NCBI GenBank assembly: GCA_024626585.2 | Contig: JANKJI020000004.1 | Span: forward strand, 82,410,220 to 82,439,994 | Direction of reading: 5' to 3' | Length of the DNA stretch: 29,775 nucleotides | Origin: Ginkgo biloba | Lineage: Eukaryota; Plantae; Ginkgophyta | Shown: piece by piece, positions 23,143 to 29,775 of the stretch | How positions within the stretch are numbered: position 1 is the first letter of the stretch | How the letters are laid out: each line of letters opens with the position of its first letter | The notes under the pieces: model-generated | The model's database searches: none | What the model was told of the DNA's origin: nothing | Seen by the model: the letters and a program-made list of their open reading frames with translations, nothing else | Program-made: the position numbers and the translations under genes

Positions 23143-26100
23143 TACATTATCAATTTTGCTACATCATCATTTGGTCTATTGAGTAATTAGTTTAGTTTAG
23201 TTGATTCCATAGGCCAATGGATAAATACTCATTAGAGATTTTAGGTTCTTAACATCCCACTAAGAGAAGTAACCCCCTTAGTCTCTATTTATTAACCTTA
23301 TTAACCCCCCCCATCCTAGGTTCCTCTTTTTTAATTTTTGTCGTCTATTACAAGATTTCTTTAGCAAAGTTCTTTCCATAGTAGTACAATCCTTGCAAAC
23401 CACTATTTTGTCCTTCCCTCCCTTAAATTTTTATTTCCCACTAATACTTAGAGGGGATCCCTGGTATGTCCTAGTTTGTCGAATTCTTATAAGGTCCCTT
23501 TTAGAAAACACGTCATTTCACCCTTCGTAGATGTGTTAAACTAGAAGTAGGTCATCTTGCTCATAATTTTATTCTTTACTTAATCGAGCACTAGTCCAAA
23601 TACTAAAGGAGATTAGAGAGGCTATGGGTAAAAAAGTGAGCATAATTTATGCACTAAACATAAGCCACCTAAGGCCATGGATTGTTTGAAAACTCCTTGT
23701 GATTCCCACTTTATAGACGCTACCAAACCTTTAAAATTATGCACAAGAAAAGCTCATGATTCAAGGTGGTACCTTAAATCCTTAGGTTGACAAAGTAGTC
23801 CCTTGGCTAGAGAGTGAATGATGTGAGGGATTTTGGGTGTTTGGGGTTCTATAGGTTTGGGTTCCTCAACAACACCCTCTCTTAAAAATCACCAAAGTGT
23901 CATTCCCGATGAAATATAAATAAGGCAAAGTCAAAATTCAATCTTTTAGGTTTTAAGTTTGTAAAGGTATGAGGATGATATCGACACCTTTCCACAAAAA
24001 TATCTGAAGTTTTGTAAACCCAGAGAAAGAAGTAAATTCTAATTAAATGAACTCTAGAGGCCTCATATAAGGCCTCACACTGTACCTTTTTCCAAGTCAA
24101 CAATGTGGACCCTAAAAGAAGATTATTTACAAAGGGATAAAGTTTACGTATTCAAAAGTCAGAGAAATTAGTGGAGGCATCCAAAATGTTTGACCAAAAG
24201 AAGTACCAAGGTGTTGCGGGCCTGAAATATTAATAAAAAGTGTTGAAGATGGGTGCCCAAACTTTGAAGACCCTCTAAAGCATTTTCCTCAAGTTAGTCC
24301 TACAAAACCAAAAGAAGATTATCTGCAAATAAGTAAAANNNNNNNNNNNNNNNNNNNNNNNNNNNNNNNNNNNNNNNNNNNNNNNNNGAATTCTAAAGTC
24401 CCACATACCCAAAATTTTAATTGAATGTAGTTGAGAAATACCAAGTTTGAAATACAAGTCCTCACACTCATCCCTTTTCTAAGACAATGGTAAGGGGACC
24501 CCAAAAGGAGATTATGCACAAATGAATGAAGTTTAGGTTTTGGGTTTTGGGAAAATCTAGTGAGAAGAAATGATGATTTCACATCCCCTTAAAAAATTCC
24601 AAACAATGTAGACTCAAATGGAGAGGTTAAATGCAATTAACTTAAGACTTGCATCCGAGCCTCACAAGGGTGTTGACCAAAGTTTATGAGTTTAGGTTTC
24701 CCAACTCATAAGGTATAAAAGGAGAAGAACACGCAAATAAAAATCCTTGAAGGACCAGTTGTGTTGGTATGTATGTTGTCAGTACGTGATAGATCCTAAC
24801 TCATCGACAATCCATGTTTAAGGTACAAGCAATAAATTTGATGGGCCCTCCACACACCTAGAATCCAAATAAGGGTATGTGCACTTGCCATGAAGTTAAA
24901 TGATGGAACCCACATTAAAGGCGCCACATTATTGCTACTTGTGTGAGATACAAGTGTTAGCTAGAGCTTCATTTCCATATTTATAAAAGAACGTTAAACA
25001 TATCTATTTAAGGGGTTTCCATTAGTGTGTAAGACCATTGTGGTGCACTTGAGCATTTGTAAGGAGAAGGGTTTGCAAGGGATAAAGGAGGGACATGTGC
25101 TAGAGTTAATATGGCAATTGTAGGACCATCTATGGGCCATAAAAAATAAATTAAAGAGGCCTCCATTGCCATTAGGAAATAGTTTTCAAGGAGATGCCAA
25201 GGTCACAAACCACCAAGAAGAGAAAGGGATAAAAAAGGGAGAAATTTTCATTATAAAGGGAGGAGGGGCACTTCTATCATGGTCTATTTGTCTTTTCTTC
25301 TACGAATCTTCATTTTTCCTTGTGTTCTCTATTTGGTTATAAAGTTATATCAATATATCATCATAAGGAAGTAGTAAGTTGAAGAGAATTGATCGCAAAC
25401 GAGATTTATTTTGGCAATGAAAATAAAGTTTTTCATCCTTATGTTTTTGGTTATGCTATAATATAGGTTCTAAAATGCTCATTTCTCATTAAAGAAAATA
25501 TTGTTGTTCTTTGATATTCATTTATTGATGTTGTTGAGTATTATAAGTGCATGGGTATTGACATGTTATTGTTCATGAGTNNNNNNNNNNNNNNNNNATC
25601 TAGTTATGCCATATATATAATTATAGAATAGTATATCAATTTTCTCCCTAAAGCTAAAGTAACCTAAAGAAACCTCACATTTAAATGATATTTTCTTAAA
25701 AGGGTGTCCAAATTCTATCCTTTCAGATAATTTCAAATCTGTTGTACCTCGTAGTTGTGATTGAAGTTGAATGGTATAGTTGTACTATTTGTACTATCAT
25801 ATCATCTTTGTTGGTGGATGCTCTATCCTTTTCTCTATTTTATTCATTTCTCACCCTCTTGTGTATTGTTCCTTTTTCTTCTTCCCCACCTTGTTATTAA
25901 GGCTAGGAATCTGGTGATGTTGTCATACTATATTTTATTGAAAAAATCCCAAAAAATCTTTATTTTTCCTTCCTCCTCCTCCTCCATATCATTTATTTAC
26001 TCTTTATGAGAGCCCACAAAAGTATTGAGATAACCTTTCTATAAATATCCACTATGAATATTGCACCCCTTAATATACAACATTTCACATTTTTTAAAAT

Positions 26101-26216
26101 AAGGGAAATTGCACCCACTATAAAGTGAGTTTATGCCTATTATGATCAAAATGTAAGTTCTTAGGATGGAGTTAATTAACATATTGTAATGAAGGAATAT
26201 TCTGACTAGTTAACAA
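23143..26216 (+). repeat. Long internal direct repeat, copy 2 (3' region after pol)
   Basis: Homologous and colinear with 13577-17942; starts ~27 bp after the pol stop; similarity ends abruptly at ~26216. Confidence 0.9.
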
Positions 26217-26231
26217 GCGATGAAGGATTGA

Positions 26232-26396
26232 GCTTACTATGAGGCTAGATATGAGGCACTACTTCAAGAGGTATCACATCTGAGGGTGAGAAATGAGATT
26301 CTAATTAAGATGGATGGCCTTCTAATAGGATTGAGCCATATTTGGATTTCTCATAGCATGACTAGGAGGAGGATGAGTGATAGAAATCATATGTAA
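26232..26396 (+). pseudogene. C-terminal remnant of a coiled-coil ORF, probably an antisense extra ORF of the minus-strand gypsy element
   Basis: 54 stop-free codons, AYYEARYEALLQEVSHLRVRNEILIKMDG...*, followed by a T-rich 3'UTR-like stretch; lies ~300 bp downstream of, and antisense to, the minus-strand integrase end. Confidence 0.4.
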
Positions 26397-26690
26397 CATC
26401 ATCATGAGGGGACAGGTTAGAGAGGCCCGAGCCACCCTTAATGGTTTTGTGATGTAGAGAATTTTTTGTATACTAAACCATCTTGTTAACATTTGGTTGA
26501 GTTTATGTTGTAAACATTTTCTTAATATATATGTATATACATTTTTTATAAGTACACATATNNNNNNNNNNNNNNTATATATTTTGCATTTTTTTAATGT
26601 TTTTGAGTGTTATGTATATATGCATTTTTTTAAGTTTTCTGTTATGTCAAAAACTATTTACACATGTACATGAGGTATGCCCCCATTATT

Positions 26691-26844
26691 TTAAAGATAG
26701 TACATCTTCAAATCTTATGAGTTGATTAAATTTTTAAATTCTTGGCCATCTAGGGTAGCGATGCGATAAGATCCATTTTGCAAATCCTCAAGGATGACGA
26801 ATTGACCTAACCACTTTGGGATGAACTTTCCCTTTTTTTTCGAA
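26691..26844 (-). pseudogene. pol: Integrase C-terminus (GPY/F module) of the minus-strand gypsy element
   Basis: EKKGKFIPKWLGQFVILEDLQNGSYRIATLDGQEFKNLINS*DLKMYYL*. Confidence 0.9.
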
Positions 26845-26944
26845 NNNNNNNNNNNNNNNNNNNNNNNNNNNNNNNNNNNNNNNNNNNNNNNNNNNNNNNN
26901 NNNNNNNNNNNNNNNNNNNNNNNNNNNNNNNNNNNNNNNNNNNN

Positions 26945-27741
26945 AAACTCCCTCATAGAGTGCAAAAGAACTCTTCTTTCACTCTCAGGAATTTCTTCAT
27001 GCTCTTAAGAAAAGGGTTCACCATCCCAAGCTCTTCTCTGAACACCTGCACCAGATCCAATAGCTTCATCTATCTGAACAACATTCAATTTAGGGCCCTC
27101 ACCATGGGCTGGCACCTCCAAACTGAATCGATTTATTTCAACCCCAACACCTAAATATGATTTGAGAATGCCCACCAACCTAGATATCTTGGGTGACTCC
27201 CCGCATCCTCCATTAGGAGCAGACATACCCCATAGGGTCATGCCCCCTTATGGGCTACATACTGTATCACTAAGAGGCTACCTCGTCTGTTCATTTTTTG
27301 TTGCCTACCCGTGTAGTGTATGTGCCACCTGTCCTATTCCCATATCAATCTCTATCCCCTAATCTAATAAAGGAATATATTAAATATATCATTATCACTT
27401 ATTACATGCATGAAAGTAACTTGTCCCAGGTAGATAGTGGATAAAAGATTATGCATGCATTATAATGACTTATTCTAAATGAATGATGGATAAGAAGTGT
27501 GCACACATACAAGTGTCATATCCTAAATGGATGGTGGAGAGAGAGTGTGAACCCATTTTCATATAATAAACTAGGTAATTAATTAAACCTAATCCTAATT
27601 AATTATTCAATTCACTTGATTTGTGAAAATAAGTGCATCATATGGCCTTAGTAGTACAAACCTTATAAAATATTGAATAATTAAATAATTTATTAATTAA
27701 ATCATAATTAACTTAGTAAGTTGAATTATTATTTCATATCA
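26945..27741 (-). mobile_element. LTR-like insertion within the integrase (solo LTR or end of a nested element; other end in the gap)
   Basis: Integrase frame breaks at EAYK exactly where the minus strand reads TGATATG... (27741); sequence is non-coding with an AT-rich then a more GC-rich part; integrase resumes beyond the 100-N gap. Orientation is tentative. Confidence 0.65.
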
Positions 27742-28617
27742 CTTATATGCCTCTAAATGTTGGTAGGTGAGGAGTCTCTTCTCATCAAGTTCCTCAAGTT
27801 TAACTAGTCGATAGCATTTAAGGCCTTCACAATCTATCAAATTCTGAGTCAAAATTATTAGGGAAGGGATTTCAATTTTGAGAGGCAGGATTGCTTCTAT
27901 CCCGTAGACAAGAGAATAACAATTCATTCTCTTAGGAGTTTGAATGGATGTTCAGTAAGCCCATAAGGCAAGAAAGATTGTAAGATGCCAATTATGATTG
28001 GACTAGTTAACAGATCTTTTCATAATATTGACCAAGGTATTTTTGAAAGCCAAAACTTGTCTATTTTCTTGTGGATAATACAAAGAAGAAGTATGATGCA
28101 TAATTAAAAATTTTTGGTAAATTTTGTAGACATGTTGATTACAAAATAATTTTCCACTATCTGTTCTGATGACATAGGGTATGCCAAGTGTCATAGGATC
28201 TGGTTAAAAATAAACATAGATATAGCATGGCCATGTGTGAACGAGATCACTTTGACCCACTTGGTAAAGAACTCCATGGATATAAGGATGAATTTATGTT
28301 GATTTGAGGATGGAGGATTGATAGCATCGAGAAGGTATATCTCCCATTTTGATAATAGCCAAGGAACAAATATATTACAAAGACATTGCATAGGTGCATG
28401 AAATATGTGGGAATGCTCCTAACATTTATGAAACTTGCATATGTAATGATGGATGTCTTGAAAGAAGGTCAACTAGTAATAACCCATGTGAAGGATTTTT
28501 AAAGTATTAGGTTGTCCACTAAAATGTCCCCCACATAATCTTTTATGATATTCTTATGGGACCATTTGAGCTTCTATGGGGGTAAGGCATCAAAGAAGGA
28601 TGCCATCAAAATATATT
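27742..28617 (-). pseudogene. pol: Ty3/gypsy (Ogre/Retand/Tat-like) integrase, Zn-binding and core domains
   Basis: GLCGGHFSG..KILHMGYY*LTFFQD..KFHKC*EH; PWLLSKWEI..INPPSSNQHKFILISMEFFTKWV; GIPYVIRTDSG; SSLYYPQENRQ; YSLVYGIEAILPLKIEIPSL; LEELDEKRL. Confidence 0.95.
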
Positions 28618-29101
28618 NNNNNNNNNNNNNNNNNNNNNNNNNNNNNNNNNNNNNNNNNNNNNNNNNNNNNNNNNNNNNNNNNNNNNNNNNNNNNNNNNNN
28701 NNNNNNNNNNNNNNNNNCAAAAGAAGGCCCTATTTGATGAATGATGAAAAGACAAAAATGAGAGGATTTAATAAGGTGCTCTCATAGGAGCTATACATAC
28801 TAAGGAAATTGACAGTGTAATTAGACGAAGCTTATAGTATTTTGAATGCAACTTTATTGTTTAATCTCATAATAAAAGAAAAGGGGTTGACTAGGCTATT
28901 AGTTGCATCCTCAACTCAGGTCAAGCCACCCCTATTGAACACTAGATTTCGAGACCAAATCTCTTACTTAATAAATAAATCAATGATCATAGAAGGATAA
29001 AAGAGGGTTCAAGTAGAATCAAGGATAGGATGTAATATAGTGGAATCCATATTTTGAGGGATATTTTTTGCAATTTAGACTCAAATTTAATAAGGAATAA
29101 T

Positions 29102-29628
29102 AATGGGGAATAGATGACCAATTAGTGCTCATTATTCTCCCTTATTTCCTTGGGTTTGTAAGGATTATAAGGGACCTAGGAAGATTCTCAACCATGATGT
29201 GACAACCAATCAATTATCCCTCAGTATTCTCCCTTCTATGATTAGGCTCACAAGGATCACTACATAGAAGCTTCTCACCCATGATGTGACGTATGACTAA
29301 TTAGAACTTACTATTTTCCCTTTTGTGGTTAGGCTCAGAAGGCCTTCTAGGGACTAAGAAAGATTCTTGGCCATGATGTGATAGTTGACTAATTAGTGCT
29401 CAATCTTCTCCCTTTTTTTGTTACACTCGCAAGGCTTACCAAGGACTATAGAAGCTTCTCAACAATAATTGGATAATGGACCAATCAACACTCACTATTA
29501 TCCCTTCATTTGTTGGGTTTGTAAGACTCATTAAGGACTAGGGATGTTTCACGATCATGAACATGATAACTAAAAAAATGATGTTAACTATTCTCCCTTT
29601 CATAGTTAGGCTCGAAGGCTCATAAGTA
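29102..29628. repeat. Tandem array of ~92-bp monomers (~5.7 copies)
   Basis: Unit starts at ~29102, 29194, 29281, 29373, 29465, 29557; approximate consensus ATGATGTGAnnnnTGACYAATTAGnnCTCACTATTCTCCCTT...TTAGGCTC..AAGG...GGACTA..GAAG.TTCTCA.CC. Confidence 0.9.
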
Positions 29629-29629
29629 T

Positions 29630-29775
29630 TGCGGGGTAAAACCCCCCCTTGGGTTTATTGGCGGATTATGGTTGTTGATGTGGCGCCACGCGTGTTTGTA
29701 TTGGTGGCTGGTATATCCACGTGGGCGTGGTTCTTTTATATCCGAGCGGTACTTGTTATTTGGGCTAGGAGCCCC
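29630..29775. mobile_element. Terminus of a younger, CpG-rich insertion, probably an LTR starting TG
   Basis: Tandem array stops abruptly; sequence begins TGCGGGG and has many intact CpGs, unlike the rest of the window; truncated by the window end. Confidence 0.55.

Noticed and set aside
26960-27362. Short overlapping ORFs (64-78 aa)
   Set aside because: They lie in the more GC-rich part of an LTR-like insertion; no protein motifs.
28718-29000. Possible end of an aRH domain upstream of the minus-strand integrase
   Set aside because: Too degenerate; catalytic motifs not identifiable.

Overview
AT-rich, strongly CpG/CHG-depleted eukaryotic DNA with many N-gaps, several exactly 100 nt. It is most consistent with plant heterochromatin; a large gymnosperm-type genome is likely but is inference only. 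I find no intact host gene, RNA gene or CRISPR array. The window is a nest of decayed retroelements: (1) an L1-type LINE ORF2 (EN+RT, +, ~4313-8123) interrupted by a minus-strand chromovirus-like Ty3/gypsy 5' end (LTR, PBS-Met, gag); (2) a Tat-like gypsy RT fragment (+, ~11600-12388); (3) a large plus-strand Tat-like gypsy unit: LTR/PBS (12420-13507), ~6 kb leader, gag (19714-), RT-RH-INT (20379-23116) and a 3-kb 3' region; (4) a convergent minus-strand Ogre/Retand-like integrase split by an LTR insertion, with an antisense coiled-coil ORF remnant; (5) a 92-bp tandem array and a young CpG-rich insertion at the right edge. The most unusual structure is that gag-pol in (3) is flanked by homologous multi-kb non-LTR direct repeats (13577-17942 vs 23143-26216, plus a third partial copy at 18540-19550). 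These carry an 18-nt motif recurring mostly at multiple-of-3 spacings, possibly a fossil repeat-protein ORF. Gaps may make the scaffold chimeric, so the large-scale architecture is provisional.
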